A DNA stretch of 64,000 bases, taken from assembly GCA_951406725.2 (NCBI GenBank), contig OX597814.1, positions 8,246,001 through 8,310,000 on the forward strand, read 5' to 3'. Positions 63,061 through 64,000 of the stretch are shown here, piece after piece. The number at the start of each line of letters is the position of its first letter. Within the stretch, counting starts at the first letter, position 1. A program made the translations under genes and the position numbers. Origin of the DNA: Octopus vulgaris (lineage: Eukaryota). Under the pieces are notes generated by a model. It saw only the letters and a program-made list of their open reading frames with translations. It did not search any database and was not told the DNA's origin.

Positions 63061-64000
63061 CGTGTTGTCAACCTCGGCTCCGAAGGTAATCGTTTATTAT
63101 GACTATTTATAGCCTATATTTTGTGTACAATTTTGTAAATAAGGTGTGTAAGGCACCCAACTTTTGTTTGAGTGCTTTTCCAAAGGAGGAATTCGCCCCT
63201 AGGGGCAGTTTCAACCCTATTTAATTTGTGTATTTTTCTTCTTAACATTAAAAAATGTTGAGAAATTTTATTGTAGAACGCTGGTCGCGTTCCTTTATGG
63301 ACCAGCATTTTCCTAGATTGGAAACGCTAGGAGAAAAAAAGAACTTATGCACGCAAAGTGCAAACCTGAATGACGTGGTAGTGAACGCTGCAACCACTTG
63401 CGGTAACAGCCCTGTCACCACCACCACCACCACTAACAACAACAACAACGAGACTACTACTGCTACCACCACCACCACGACCAACATAAATGATAAAAAT
63501 GAAACTCACGCGAATACTATTAACAAAAACAACAACAACAACAAGAACAACAATAAAAATGAAATAAATATCTTACTATCTCATAGTGAAAACATTAATA
63601 TAAAAGCATCAACAACACCAGTAAATTTTGCTGACACTCTGCGTCAGAAAAAAGAAATAGTAACATTTACGAATGAAGAGTTAATAGAAACGAGAGCACT
63701 CTTTACAACCCAAGGGCAGGATTTAGTGCTGCATACACATCAACACATAAAGGAACAAATAGAAAATAAGACAATTATATATAAAATTATAAGAAAAAAC
63801 AAAAAACAAAATGAACAGATTACAAAAACGGACATAGAAAAGTGTTTAAAAAGCATAATGGAAAAAAAGAATATATAAACTGGGGTCCCCAGTTTAATAC
63901 AGTGGTGGTCCGCTTCCCTAACCAGGAAATGGCAAAAGCTCACTCTACGGAGTCTTTGCAAAATGACGAAATCATCATGGTACCTTATTACAAAGGCCAG
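63061..64000 (+). mobile_element. 5' end and ORF1 of another Tx1/L1-like LINE (runs off the window)
   Basis: ORF 63255-63878 (FTNEELIETRALF..GQDLVL..KTIIYKI) aligns by eye with ORF1 remnant 18750-18949 (FTLDEIKDAKELL..GNDVLL..KTITYKV). Confidence 0.7.

Overview
Eukaryotic, AT-rich, repeat-saturated animal DNA. The SINE/LINE families and the (TA)n/(AAT)n/(ATC)n microsatellites resemble an octopus (cephalopod) genome, which is an inference from recalled repeat families. The only convincing host gene is on the minus strand: four GT-AG exons (56140-56004, 55722-55495, 54914-54687, 40859-40805) splice in frame into a macro domain of PARP9/14/15 type, so much of the window is probably intronic. The rest is nested mobile DNA: CR1/L2-group LINEs, RTE LINEs with a PHD finger, Tx1/L1-like LINEs, R4/Dong-like LINEs, Penelope-like (GIY-YIG) remnants, mariner remnants, a deleted piggyBac, Helitron/HINE-like elements and tRNA-SINEs. 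Signals not shown by the ORF track: (i) about seven type I hammerhead-ribozyme-like motifs, including a head-to-head pair and a 325-bp retrozyme-like unit with terminal direct repeats; (ii) a 62-bp double-hairpin repeat in the RTE 3' UTR whose copy number ranges from 1 to about 38; (iii) a Myb/SANT-like polyQ ORF at the head of a LINE. TE boundaries are approximate and were read by eye.
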